From Octopus sinensis (lineage: Eukaryota), in the NCBI RefSeq assembly GCF_006345805.1, contig NC_043008.1, positions 49,290,001-49,354,000 of the forward strand: a stretch of DNA of 64,000 bases, read 5' to 3'. Every line of letters starts with the position of its first letter. Position 1 is the stretch's first letter. This document shows positions 26,509-39,968 of the stretch, in pieces. The notes beneath the pieces are model-generated. The model searched no databases. It worked only from the letters and a program-made list of their open reading frames with translations, and had not been told where the DNA came from. A program made the position numbers and the translations under genes.

Positions 26509-26653
26509 TAATAATTAATAATAAACAACAGCAGCAACATCGAAAAATACCTTAGGAATGAGAACCCAGGTTCGAAATTTCCCCAAGATACCTGAAGAAG
26601 GCTGGATGGTATATCAGCCGAAACGTTGTGCTAACAACAAACAAGATGAGGAC
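26269..26653 (+). mobile_element. Non-autonomous element with a minimal HHR (26587-26632), an internal (AGT/AAT)n tract and a 5' inverted partial copy
   Basis: GAUAC CUGAAGA A GGCUG-loop-CAGCC GAAAC GUU| GUGCU. Segment 26269-26325 is the reverse complement of 26589-26653 with GAAACGTT deleted. Confidence 0.7.
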
Positions 26654-29600
26654 AAATATCTTTGACAGTTTACTAAAGACTGTTGAAGCAAACATCTCGC
26701 AAATAATTTTGCTAAGATTGTTCTCATCTCCAGAGATATACATATTTATTGTATTATTATTATATATATATATATTTTATCTATTTTCTTCTATTTTTAC
26801 ATTATTTAGTTAAATGCATTTCCTAAAGGCCTTTGTATTCTATTATTAACACATTCCTCTCTTTTCTTTGTCTGGTTTTACTCTAAAATGGTAAATACCA
26901 ATTCCTAGATTACTGAATTCTCATTAACTGCTCCCTAAACTTGCCCATTCCATGGACTTCATTTTTGTGTTGTTTCGTGTTTGTAATTTATCTTGTAGCT
27001 TATTTCTTACAAAACTAATAGCTTACAAAATTCTTCCTTTGGAAAAATTCCAACAAGTGATTAGTTTGCTGAAGAAGGAACTCTGAAGGTACATTGATAT
27101 ACTATATCTGATTACCAAGTTTAATTGGAGAAAACATATCTTTGTTTCTGTGTTCTCTCAGCAAGACAACTTTGAGTTCCAATTTACAGGGGAGAGATAT
27201 CAAACCTATCATGTTTTTTCAAGAAAAGTGAACAGAATATTCTTCTGAGAAATTATTACAACTGTTGTAAATGTGAATGTCTTGTAGGCTGCCAGAATCC
27301 AGTGTTTGGCATGATAAGAATAAATCTTCGAGAAGAAATGCTTACAAGAAGTTTTGCCTGTTCACTCATTTAATTCTCTAAAAAACTAATTTCAATGTGG
27401 TTATTTTCTTGGAATTTCTGAAGACCAACATCTGCAGACTGCATAAAAAAAGTGGGGTGCGGGACACTGGATGGGGAAGGTTCTTGGGGTTTGCAGCTAA
27501 GGAGAGGAGGAATGACTTGGAATAATTTCAGGTGGGGTGAGTCACATCAAGGCTGAGAAGAAATGAGAACATCAGTCAGGAAGGGCTTGAGTAGGAATGG
27601 TATGCAGCTTGCTAGTCCAGTGGAGCAGTGGTCATTGTAGTAGAGAAGAGACAGAAAATAGAAAACAATCAGCTGTAGAAACAATGCCAGATCAAGACTG
27701 GAGCCTGGTGCAGCCATCTGGTTCGCCAGCTCACAGTCAAACTGTCCAACCCATGCTAGCATGGAAAGCGGACGTTAAACGATGATGATGATGAAATGGT
27801 GGTGAAGCATTGCTCATCAGCAGAATTAACTTCCTGTGGTTAATAATATAGTATGACAGCTACTGCATTTGATAGCTTATATGACACACATTTGTCCCTC
27901 CAAAAATGTCCCCAAAAATCACTCCTGGTCCTATATGTGAAGTTGGCTGCATAGTACATACTCTAATGTGCTAAAAACTTTTTTCCTTGAATATACACTG
28001 TTGAAATTGGCTTGTGTGTAACATGTCTGTGTGTCTTTTATGCCAAAAAAGGCTATATATATCATCATCATCATCATCATTATCATCGTTTAACGTCCGC
28101 TTTTCATGCTAGCATGCGTTGGACGATTTGACCGAGGACTGGCGAACCAGATAGCTGCGCCAGACTCCAATCTGATCTGGCAGAGTTTCTACAGCTGGAT
28201 GCCCTTCTTAACGCCACCAAAACCTTGTTTAGGCTTAGCAGCCCTTCCTGTTTGTTTTCACTGTCCTGTTTTTGTTACCAATTTGGACCCTCAGCAAAAT
28301 CCCAAATTTTATTTAATTTGCTTTGTGGGAGCAACTATTTTATCGAAAGCGTATCATGTTGTGAAATGCTCAAAATACGAGACTAGAAAAACGGCCAACA
28401 ACTGATGAAGGGTCATTCTTTATGTTGTTTGTTTTCTTTTCCATTTGTGTCTTTTGTTGTTCAAAAAAATAGTTCATATTCCATGTACTTGTACTTCGTA
28501 TTTTTTGTTGTACACATTTCATGACGTCCTGTGCTCATATATGCATATATATATATATACGTATAGATGTAAGTATGTACATATACATATGTATATATGC
28601 ATATATATATTATTATACATATATACATACACACGCACACACACGTCATTATGCCAATAGAGAAAGAGCTGGTTTCTAACCTAGATCCAAGGCTCGTTCA
28701 TTGGAATTTCAACATCAACAACAGAGTATTTTTGTATGTATGTATATGTGTGTGTATGTGTGCAGATTTGTTTGTATGTATGTATACGTATATCTTTATA
28801 TGCATATAAGGGTGAGTGGACAAACAAAAGAAAAAGGCACTCAAATTTCGGAAGAGTTCCATACATTACTATTTAAAACAGTTTTATTCTGTCCCTTGTA
28901 ACTTGAGGTTTTGTAGGCAGCGCATATTCAGCAATAAAAAGTTTTAATGTATTAAACCATGTAATATAGACTCAACTTTGCATTTAGGACTAAGATTGGT
29001 GATTTTTTTTGGGTGGGGGACATATTTTTTTCCTTGAAAATATGCGTTTTATATGTCATCAAATACAGTATGCTGTGTGCGTGTGTATATATACTTATAT
29101 TTGGATGAGTTGGTTAGTATGCCTCTATGCTTGTGTGTGTGTGTGTATGCCTGCCTCTCTTCTATCCTCAAACTGTTGGTATATTTTGCTAGATTTTGGT
29201 GATAATTGAGATTTTTTTTCTTTTTTTACTCCGCAATAAATAAAAATATTCCTGTTAAATATTTCATTACATCGTGTTATTGCTAGATAAATAAAAAGAA
29301 TGCAATGTGTGCACATTCACACACACACACGCGCATACACACATACGCATGCACACTCTGGTCTGGCAACATTAAAACTGAACCAAAAGATAATGCTGTG
29401 TTATTCCTATTAAGTCTACAAAGATAGTAAACATACAACTGAGTTTAGAAAAAAAAAAAATTAATTTCTTCAGGAGTCCTTCTTTGCTCCCTGTTTTTCT
29501 TCATTTCTTTCTTCCTCCCCCTCTCCTTTCTCCTCAACTCCCTGTTTATTTAATTCCTTATTTTTTCGCTTTTATTTTTCCAGATATGCTTTAATAGTGT

Positions 29601-30589
29601 CAACTAAAACTGAAACACTTCATATTATTTGTTGATGTTTTTCTTATGAACCCCGTCCCTCATCCCCAAATATACACACACATATATAAAAAGTAGAAGA
29701 AAAAAAAAGGAATAAATTCCAAAATTTTTTTTTATTTTTAGGATTCAAGAATGTAAACTTTTGGAGGGTTGACAATCTGAGCAGCCAGTTTTTGACCTGC
29801 TTAAAATCTGGCAGTTTTATTTGAATGGTGGTGGTTTGTTTGTTTCTTTTGTTTCTTGAATATATAAACAGTTGTAAACCTAAAACTATTTTATGCTGGT
29901 GCTAACATTATATTCAGTATTGGTTTCAAAATTTTGGCTCAAGGCCAGCAGTTTTGGGGGGCAGGGGAAAAGTCGATTACATCACCACCACCACCACCAC
30001 CACCCAACATTAGCATCATCAACATCATCATCATCATATCATCATCACCTCATCACCACTACCACCGGCGTCGCCACCACCACCACTATTTAACATCCGC
30101 TTTCCATGCTGGCATGGGTTGGATGGTTTGACTGAGGACTGGCAAGCCAGAAGGCTGTGTACCAAGCTCCAATCTGATCTGGCAAGGTTTCTACAGCTGG
30201 ATGTCCTTCCTAATGCCAAATCTTTTCTATTATAGGCACAAGGGCTGAAATTTTGGGGAAGAGGACTAGTCAATTACATTGACCCCAGAATTTCACTGGT
30301 ACTTAATTTATCAACCCCAAAAGGATGATAGCCAATCAATCATTTTAACTCTTGTTTTCTATGCTTGCATCGGTCAGAATTTGTTGAATCAGATTTTCCA
30401 CATCCAGATGCCTTTCTTGTTACCAATCCTCACTTGTTTCCAAGAATGATACTATTTCCTCAAGGTTGAGCATGTTTCCATGGGAAACTGAAAACGAACG
30501 ACATGACTGCTTGTACGACATTGACACTTGTTTACGACTGTTATACAATGTTAAGACAAGGAGACACAATTGCACAAACATTGAGACCT

Positions 30590-30918
30590 CCTTTGGTCAT
30601 GACTGACCGTGGGATTGCACTTAGAAAGTTACCCTTCCAGGCACATGTCCGGGCAAAGTTGTTTATGGAAGACCAGCAGTCACCCATGCATACCGGCCTC
30701 CCCTCTCTACGCCACCAGTGTTATCCAAGGGAAAGGCAAAGGGGCCAATACAGCTTGGCACCTGTAACGTCACAACTCATTTCTACAGCTGAGTGAACTG
30801 GAGCAATGTGAAATAAAGTGTCTTGCTCAAGAACACAACACAGCCCAGTCCGGGATTTGAACTCACAACCTCACGATCGTAAGATCGACACTCTAACCAC
30901 TGGGCCATGTGCCTTCAC
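30590..30918 (-). mobile_element. tRNA-derived SINE with a V/CORE-like central domain (family D)
   Basis: Head 'ggcccagtggttagagtgtcg...gagttcaaatcccgg', then 'ttgagcaagacactttatttcacattgctccag'. Relatives at ~48085-48320 and ~61345-61470. Confidence 0.75.
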
Positions 30919-32439
30919 ATAAACATACACAAAGACATATAGACATCTTTATTTAATGTCCATATTTCTATGCTTGCATGGGATGGACAGACTTCATAAA
31001 GGTAGATTTTCTACAGGTGGATGTTTTTCCTGTCTCCAACCCTCACCTGTTTCCAAAGTAAGGTAATATTTTCCCTTCACCAAAGATGTTTTGAAACAAA
31101 GAACATCACTTGCATGACTGATACTCACTCACGACTATCACATGATGTCGAGGCAAGAACACACACGCATGACAAGCTTCTTTCAGGTTCAATCTACCAA
31201 ATCCACTCACAAGGTTTTGGTTAGTCTGGGGCTGATATTAGAAGACACTTGTCCCAGGTGTCATGCAGTGGAAGTGAACCCAAGACCACTTGGTTGCAAA
31301 GCAAAGTTCTCAACCCCACAGCCATTCTTACACCAACATCCATGTCTGTGTCTGTTAGTGTTACTTTTGAAATTCCTGCTTGTTATCTCTTGTATATTTT
31401 AGCTGTTGCTTCCACTTTTGTCGTCTATGTTGGCGCTGTTGATTAGCAGGAGTCAAACTTTTTTGATAGCATTTCCAGACCTCTGTCAAGCAGATAATCA
31501 GTGGAATGCCTCAGAGCAAAATACCAACGAAGAACGGATCATGTCTAAACCAACCTCTCACTGTAGCTATTCCGTTCTACCATTGGCATCACTTGAAACA
31601 TTTGACGTCTGTGAACTCTTCATGGTGGTTTGGCAAATATATGGAGGGAGATTTTGTAATTATATTCAAGAATTACCAATTACTTTGGGCAGTTTGGTGA
31701 ACATGTAGAAATTCCTTCACTGCCTTGTCTGTATATCAGCCAACAAGAGAACCCATATAAAATCCCTTGAGCTGCTAGAAATAGTAGCTAAATCTCCCTC
31801 CAGTCATATATGCTGACTTAAAATAAGAAAGGTCATTACCACATGTATCCTGTTTTTAGAATATGTACACCATGTTCCTGTGTGTTGTAAGAGGGGACTA
31901 AAATGGTTGGCAATAGCAAGGGTATCTGGCCTTAAAACACTTCCTCAGAAAAACTATCCGACCCATACTGGCATGGAAAAGCAGATGTAAAACACTGATG
32001 ATGGTGGTGTTGGTGGTGATGGTGTAGTTTGATATAACATTGAGTATGACATTATTTTGAGTATGGTTTCAGTTTGTGTATGGCTTCATTACCAGTACAA
32101 CTTCATTTTGAATACGGCATCATTTCATGTTTGTATCTTAGAAATAAATTGAGTTGGCATGTCTGCTAAGAGAAAGTGAAACAGCATTAAGAGTCAAACC
32201 TTGTTTTTCTGTGTCTGGATCAGGGTGGAAAGGCATCAAACACTGCAAAGTGATCCAAAACCTTTATGCATAAAAATTTCATGTTAATTTATGATGGAAA
32301 GCTTTTGATTTACTTTACACTGGAAGTTCTATTCTAGAACCAGAAGTGGTGGTCTCAGGTGGGTTGGCATCAAAAGGTGCTTTCAAATATAAAACAATAT
32401 ACATAATTCAAACATTGATGGGTTTTTTACAGTTATTTG

Positions 32440-32888
32440 CATGATCATTGCCAGAGCAGCTAATTGGCTTCTGTGCCGGTGGCATGTAAAAGGCACCATT
32501 CAAGCGTGATCATTACCAGCATCGCCTACTGGTACCTGTGCCGGTGGCATGTGTAAAAAGATTCGAGCAAGGTCGTTGCCAGTACCACCTGACTGGCCCC
32601 CACTACACTCTCAGAGTGGTTGGCGTTAGGAAGGGCATACAGCTGTAGAAACTCTGCCAGATCAAGATTGGAGCCTGGTGCAGCCATCTGGTTCGCCAGC
32701 CTGCAGTCAAATCGTCCAACCCGGTGGCATGTAAAAGCACCCACTACACTCTCGGAGTGGTTGGCGTTAGGAAGGGCATCCAGTTGTAGAACCTGCCAGA
32801 TCAAGATTGGAGCCTGGTGCAGCCATCTGGCTTGCCAGCCCTCAGTCATTCATCCAACCCATGCTAGCATGGAAAACGGACGTAAAAC

Positions 32889-32920
<32 letters not shown>
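32440..32920 (+). mobile_element. RTE 3'UTR fragment with a ~140-bp internal tandem duplication
   Basis: 'cccactacactc...gccatctgg' occurs twice before the (GAT)n tail. Confidence 0.85.
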
Positions 32921-32923
<3 letters not shown>

Positions 32924-33145
32924 GGCCCTTTAGCGTTCGGATTATTCCATCAAATATAAAGCTTATTTGTTCACATTGTTTTGATTTAATCATGGGATTA
33001 TCTTGTATCTTTGAGATTTTGATGATGTGATTGTTTATAAATAGACTGACTTTGTAGGGTAGGTGTGAGAGGCCAAATCTGACTGGCTTGAACATAAACC
33101 AGGTAGAATATTTTGACTGGATATGGCCAGTTTAAATGCTAAACT
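32921..33145 (+). mobile_element. piggyBac-type MITE (family P2)
   Basis: Degenerate 'ccctttagc' start and 'aatgctaaa' end. Similar to the 17545 and 49700 copies. Confidence 0.6.
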
Positions 33146-33339
33146 GGGCTGTTGGAATTTGCTTATCTTTGTCAAGGATACCATGTGGCACTGGTGACAA
33201 GATATGAACAATTAATTCTTAAGATTTGGCTGGCAGCAACTCTGTGGATTTGCCCATCTTACAAGTGGAACTGGAATTGTTTGATATTTTGTTTTCTGTT
33301 TCAATAATTAGGGTATAAAAACCATGTAGTTCAATGAAG

Positions 33340-33396
<57 letters not shown>

Positions 33397-34349
33397 TGCG
33401 CACCGTCAGAAGAATAGAACCTGTTGATATAATCATTAGTTATTAATTAAGAAGTGAGTCTAATTATAGATTGTATAATAACAGGGTCACAGCTTTAATG
33501 CCTGGAGAAGTGTATGAACTTTTGCCCTATTTCCCAGAAATAATGGTACCTTAACTACTTGGCTGTTAACACTTCTTCAGCAGATTAATAATTTCTTAAA
33601 TAAACATAGGGTGTTAATTCTATGTAATGTAAGGGTCGGTGTGTAAATAAAATCGAGTGTGGTGTGTGTGTGAGATATTTTTCTCAGCACCAAAAGGATA
33701 CAGAATGGAATGGCTGCAACTGGGAATTGAAACTGGGTCATACAATTGGCTGACTAATACAAAACAGGTGGAACATTCATGCTATCTGGGCCAGTGGGCC
33801 TGTGGAGTTTAGCAAATTCCCTTTCATTCTTTTGAAGTCCCCAAAATGTATTTTAAGGTTTTATTAAAACAGTTAATTGTATTCTTATTATATAAATATC
33901 TTTGATGTATCACTTTCCGTTAAAAGACGTGGATGGCTTGTGTCAACAGAATGCTAGACAACCAGCTGAGATGTAGTCAGTCTCATACACTTTGATTGCT
34001 ATTAAATTGAGTTTGTAGAGAAGACAGTTGCTTCTTTGGTATCCCAGACCACTTGGCTGTTAAAAGATACCACTTAATGATATGTAATCCATTACTATAA
34101 ACTGTGGATGTGCTGTAAAATTGATAATTTTTTTCTTTGGCTTGTAACGAGGAGGTAAATTCTTCCTGGAGGGAAAGTTATCTGTTGGAGACTAGCATCT
34201 TATCCAGAGAAGATTTGATGCTGCTTCACTGTCACTGGAACCAGGTCGATAAAATAAGTACCAGTTGAACCAACTCTGGGGTTGATGTAATTGACCCCTC
34301 CCTCAAAATTTCAAGTCTTGTTCCTAAAAGTAGAAAAGATTATAGGTTC

Positions 34350-34800
34350 AGGTATGGCTGCGTGGTTAAGAAGTCTGCTTTATAGTCAAATGGTTGCAGG
34401 TTCCGTCCCACTGTGTGGTATACCTTGGGCAAGTGTCTTCTACTATAACCCAAGTGTAACTAAAATCTTGTGAGTGAATTTCAAAGACAGACACTGTGTA
34501 GAGGCCCATCATGTTAGTGTGTGTGTGTGTGTGTGTGGTGTGTGTGTGTGTGTGTGTGTGTGTGTTGGCATGTGTCTCCTTGATATAATGTACCAAATGT
34601 AAACAAACTTGTCAGTGTCATACAAGCATCGCCGCTTATTTGTAATCTTGTTTAAAAATATATCCGGACTAAGGGAATATATTATTTTGCTTGGAAATAA
34701 ACGAGGGTTGACAACAGGAAAGAGCATCTGGGGGCCATAGAAAATCTGCCTCAACAAACATCATTTGATCCATACAAGCACAGAAAAGTGGATATAATAA
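34350..34800 (+). mobile_element. Family B head/core joined to an alternative RTE-like tail (subfamily B2)
   Basis: Same head as B, followed by '...gacaacaggaaagagcatc...ccatagaaaatctgcctcaac...atacaagcac...aaaagtgg'. A similar arrangement occurs at 54440-55110. Confidence 0.65.
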
Positions 34801-35724
34801 CAGTGATAATGACTATGATGATGATGATGATGATGAGGATAATTAACATTATTTCTATCATAAGAAATCTGCTATTTAATTACCCCCTTCCTCTCATTAA
34901 ATTATGCTTATGTCTGGAAAATATTCTCTCGAAATTCTGATATTTCTCTTTAAAATAACAAAAGTTTGTATAAAAATTTTCACCAGAATATTTTTATATT
35001 CTCTGACCCTAATTTTTGGTGGGACCTTTAGACTGCTTTTTAACTATTGTTTTCCATACAAAATCCTTTTTTTTTTTATTTATTGATGTGTGTGTGTGTG
35101 TGTTTTCCTCTGTTATAACAGGAAGTTTGACTGCCCAAGTATTTATGATTATGTTATTAATATGTAATTATCAGCATTGACCTAAGTATGTCAGTTAGGA
35201 GTGACAGAAAGTCTCACTGTTAGGGGTTAGGGGACTTAAAATGATAGACAACCTACTTCCTCTGTCCCCACTTGTTGACTCTTCTTTGCTATCGGCCCCT
35301 ACCTTCACCCCCACCCCAGTTTTTTTTACACTTTCACTCCATCCCATCCCAACCCTGTTCCTGTTACTCTTCCTCCGGTTTCCGTTTTATCATCAATGTC
35401 TGCTTTGGAAAGATCCTCTCATTCTCATCATACACTTCTGTCCAGTTTCCACATTTAGTTTCCTTCAAATTTTGACTAATTTTTATAAATTTCGATTTTA
35501 GATACAGGGACAACCCCCCCCCCCAAAAAAAAGCAATATTCCATGTAATCTCATGATAATAATAATCCTTTTTACTGGAAGTGCAAAGCCTCAAATTTGG
35601 GGGAAGGGATTGAATCGATTACATCGACCCCCGTGCATAACTGGTACTTAATTTATCGACCTAGAATGGATAAAAGGCAAAGTGGACCTCGGCAGAATTT
35701 GAACTCAGAATGTGAAGATGGCGC

Positions 35725-36100
35725 AGGAGTGGCTATGTTGTAAGTAGCTTGCTTACCAACCACATGGTTGCGGGTTCAGTCCCACAGTGTGACACCTTGG
35801 GCAAGTGTCTTCTACTGTAGCCTAGGGCCGACCAAAGCCTTGTGTGTGGATTTGGTAGATGGAAACTAAAAGAAGCCCGTCATATATATATATGTTTGTA
35901 TGTCTGTGTTTGTCCTCACCTCCCAACATTGCTTGACAACCGATGCTGGTGTGTTTACGTCCCCGTAACTTAGCGGTTTGGCAAAAGAGACCGATAGAAT
36001 AAGCACTAGGCTTACAAAGAATAAGTCCTGAGGTTATTTGCTCAACTAAAGGCGATGCTCCAGCATGGCCACAGTCAAATGACTGAAACAAATAAAAGAA
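35725..36100 (+). mobile_element. Well-preserved full-length family B SINE
   Basis: Complete head, core and tail. Confidence 0.9.
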
Positions 36101-36193
36101 TGGACGAAATGTCGCTAAGCATTTCACCCGGCGTGCTAACCATACTGCCTGTTCGGCACCTTCATGATAATGACGATACAACAATAAAGTTGT

Positions 36194-36231
<38 letters not shown>

Positions 36232-36424
36232 AAAATCATTTTACGTCCGGCTTCCATAGGCATGGCTGTGTGGTAAGAAGTTTGTTTCCCAAACACCTGG
36301 CTTAGGGTTCAGTCCCACTGTGTAGCAACATGGACAAATGTCTTCTACTACAGCCCTTGGCTGACTAAAGGCTTGTTAGTGGTTTTGCTGCTGCTGCTGC
36401 TACTACTACTACTACTACTACTAC

Positions 36425-36458
<34 letters not shown>

Positions 36459-37091
36459 TGATGATGATGAAATTATTGTGTATAGTGCTCAGGTTGTACC
36501 TTGAAATTGTAACCTCAGTGAGGTCAATCAAATACGTCATCAAGTACACGCTGGAAGGAAATGACCAAGCTGCTATAATAACGAAATTAGTCAATATCTA
36601 ATGGATAGGTAGGTAGGTTGGACCATCCGAAGCAGTTACATTCATTTTAGGATTTTCAGTTCATGAAAGGAGCACGTGCAATAATGAGACTGCAAGTTCA
36701 TCTGAGCAGACGAACAGACAATATTTGCTCAGAAATAATGAGGATATTTATCGCTGTCAATGAACGACATATGAGGACAACATTGACAGAATGTTGACTT
36801 TGCAAAAAACATTACTTTATGCTGAAGCACCCATGTATTTCCCTTGGAACAGTTAAGGACAAAGAATGGCAAAGAAGGAAGCGAGGAAAAAATGTTGAAG
36901 GCCATTTGAATGTTTTTAAAGAAGAAACACTTAGTCTTGTTTATGTTGTCACATCAAAGGCAGAAGAACTGTTATTATTTAAGAATTTTATTGCATTAAG
37001 TTCGAAATAGTATTTTTTCCTTTCCCGTATCGACATTTTCAACTTGGAGTGGTTGTAACCCAACGGATCACGGCAGGTACATTTAATAACT

Positions 37092-37658
37092 ACTAGCAGT
37101 ATCGCCCGGCGTTGCTCGGTTCTGTTCCGACCCATTAGAATTGGAATTTTTGAAAAGTAAAAATTTTGCATTATGTAGCTTGTTATTCTCTTTAAGTGAA
37201 CATTTTTCTGGTTGAAATACACCGAAAAATGGCGACACAGCAGTAAAAAAATCGCAAAAAATAGGGATTTTCATAGAAAAAAAGCACCTTTTTTATGTAA
37301 ATAATTTTTGGTGTTAACATGATCCGATTTGATCTACGGAAGGAAGAGCAAGCTTTCTTCTATCATACTCTCAATTTTGGTCAACTTACGCCGCAGGGTC
37401 TCGGAGGGGATAATGTTAGTTGAAGGCTACCAAACCTATTTCTTTACTACCCACACGGGGCTAAACACAGAGGGGACAAACAAGGACAGACAAACGGATT
37501 AAGTCGATTACATCGACCCCAGCGCGTAACTGGTCCTTAATTTATCGACCCCCGAAAGGATGAAAGGCAAAGTCGACCTCGGCGGAATTTGAACTCAGAA
37601 CGTAACGGCACGAAACCTGCCATACACAGACAACTTCAGCTTTATACATATAGAGATT
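37092..37658 (+). mobile_element. Non-autonomous Helitron-like element (Lep1/HINE-type ends) with a nested family A SINE (~37433-37612, minus)
   Basis: Starts ACTAGCAGTATCGCCCGGCGTTGCTCGG and ends ...acagacaacttcagctttatacatatagagat. Confidence 0.6.
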
Positions 37659-38715
37659 AAAAAGGAAGTGCTCATAACATCAGCATTGCCTACTTCATGA
37701 GTATTTTGTAACGATTTTTTAAGGCAAAATAAAAGAAAACCTCATTACTGTTAGTCTATGACAAGTTTTAAACTTTTATATATGGAGACATCTATATTCA
37801 CATTTTCACCTCTACTTTTCTCTTCGACATCAATTTATACCTCATCAGTAAGTCACACTGGTCTCCTCATTCTTCCAACCTTCTCTGAAAATCTAAAACT
37901 CGATAAGTATTTCAAAAACCCGACTATTTTTGTACATGCTTTATTTTTTCCACTATTTTCATTTGTTTTTTATTGGTGAAGGGCGATGGAGGTGTCTGGT
38001 GGAAAGATATCTCAGACGACACTTAAGACATTTGGCTACTTGTACATTTATGTCCTTTTTCCTCTGATGTTTTACATATGTAAACACAGAGAAAGAGAGG
38101 CCACATCTATCCTCTACCATTCGTTCCGCCCATTGAAGTCTGCACATATTATTGAAGTGTATATATATATATGTATTTGCTATGTATATCTCCATATATT
38201 TGCTATTTGTATATATATATATATGTGTGTGTGTGTGTTTGCTGTGTCTCTTGTCACTGTTTATGTATGTTATTGAAGTGTACATAATACATATTTATAT
38301 TATTTCTTTCTTCTGGCATTGTTAGGAAGTATAAATATTAAATAAGGGAACATGAAATAAATCTAAAACCACTGATGTCGAACTAATTCTATAACAACCA
38401 TTGAAAGTTGTAACTGGAACTGTTCCCCCCCCCTTTTATCTTCTTCCTCTCCCTCCCTCTCTCTCTTGCTCTTTCCCTTTCTCTCTTGCTCTTTCCCCCT
38501 CTCTTTTGCTCTTTCTCCCTCTCTCTTGCTCTTTCCCCCTCTCTCCTTTTTATACACACTTGTAGTCGAAACCTTTCACAAGAAAATTATTCAGGATATT
38601 ATTGGGGTCCAGAATTAAGCATTGTTATTAAACTATAGTGATGTAAATAAGAAATTTAACATATAAACTCAATTTAACCCGGAGAGCAGGAGTATTTGTA
38701 TGAAGGTGTGTGTGT

Positions 38716-38759
<44 letters not shown>

Positions 38760-39299
38760 TGATCATCATCATCATCGTTTAACGTCCGTTTTCCGTGCTA
38801 GCACGGGTTGGACGGTTTGACCGAGGGCTGGGAAGCCAGGAGGCTGTACCAGGCTCCAGTCTGATCTGGCAGTGTTTCTACAGCTGGATGCCCTTCCTAA
38901 CGCCAACCACTCCGTGAGTGTAGTGGGTGCTTTTTACGTGCCACCGACACAGGTGCCAGGGAAGGGTATCTTTCTTTCTTCGCAAATGTAAATAAACTCA
39001 ATCTGTTTCTGAGGGACATATTCATACAGCACGGAATGTTTTCACCCCAAGTGGAGGTGAGCGATTGGTTAAAATTGCCGAAATGCTCGATTTTAAAGTG
39101 GAAATATCTTACAAACTATAGAATTTTCTCAATAAAGCCAAGAAAAAAATGATGTTTTATAAACACATTCTACCAGTATACGAAGTTTAAAAGTGTTTAG
39201 TTAACTAGAAATTGTGTTGACATGTGCCGTTCAAAAGGAAAAGATCCCCATTTACCATTTCTGTGGTGTCCCCCGCCTTCCCTCCATGCCCTAAGCATC

Positions 39300-39465
39300 T
39301 GCTTATTTTGCTTAATGGTTAATCCAGCGCTGAGTATTGCTCATAAAACTCCCCTCTTGGGTCCAGATCGTCTTCATTGAAAGCGTGGATTATTCTTGGA
39401 ATGTGACTTTACCATTAACAGCTCTTTCAAATGCAATGGATGGATGCTTGAGTTTTAAGCGATGG
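39300..39465 (-). pseudogene. Decayed Tc1/mariner (DD37D/DUF4817-type) transposase fragment
   Basis: HIPRIIHAFNEDDLDPRGEFYEQY resembles the 'YIPRL.HAL.EDD.DRR.EFCEW' motif of this family as recalled. Confidence 0.5.
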
Positions 39466-39800
39466 TGATGATGATGATGATATTCATGTGTTTTGTGGCT
39501 GAAGGGATTCGTCTTAGTCTAAATATTTTTTATATTCATTAATTATAGCATTTCAGTGATATTCTGATGTTACAAATGCTATACAAGTTGAAAGTTGTTA
39601 GCATTCATATCTTTTTCTTTTCTTCAAGTGGCTGTGTGGTAAGTAGCTTCCTTACCAACCACATGGTTCTGAGTTCAGTCCCACTGCGTAACACCTTGGG
39701 CAAGTGTCTTCTACTTTTAGCTTTGGGCCGACCAAAGCCTTGTGAGTGGATTTGGTAACCAGAAACTAAAAGAAGCCCGTCATATATATATATAAAATGT

Positions 39801-39968
39801 TTTTTCGTAATGAAGGTCTTACAACTGTTTCCAGGATATTTATTACTTATATCCCTTCGTCTCCGATGAAGGGATATAATTAATAAATATCCTGGAAACA
39901 GCTGTAAGACCTATCTATAAATGTTCTAAAATCTACACAGCCTTGGTTTTTTATTTCATTACGAAAAA
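39801..39968 (+). mobile_element. Foldback element: 44-bp hairpin containing a degenerate minimal HHR (39859-39910)
   Basis: Arms 39815-39858 and 39868-39911 (2 mismatches), with outer arms tttcgtaatgaa / ttcattacgaaa. GUCU CCGAUGA A GGGAUA...UAUCCU G GAAA CAG CUG UA| AGAC. Confidence 0.65.

Noticed and set aside
28375-28420. GAAAACGGCC...CTGATGAAGGG, an HHR-like fragment
   Set aside because: The order and pairing do not give a complete fold. It may be a decayed Penelope-type remnant.
31406-31708. 100-aa ORF in unique sequence
   Set aside because: No recognisable motif or clear splice signals.
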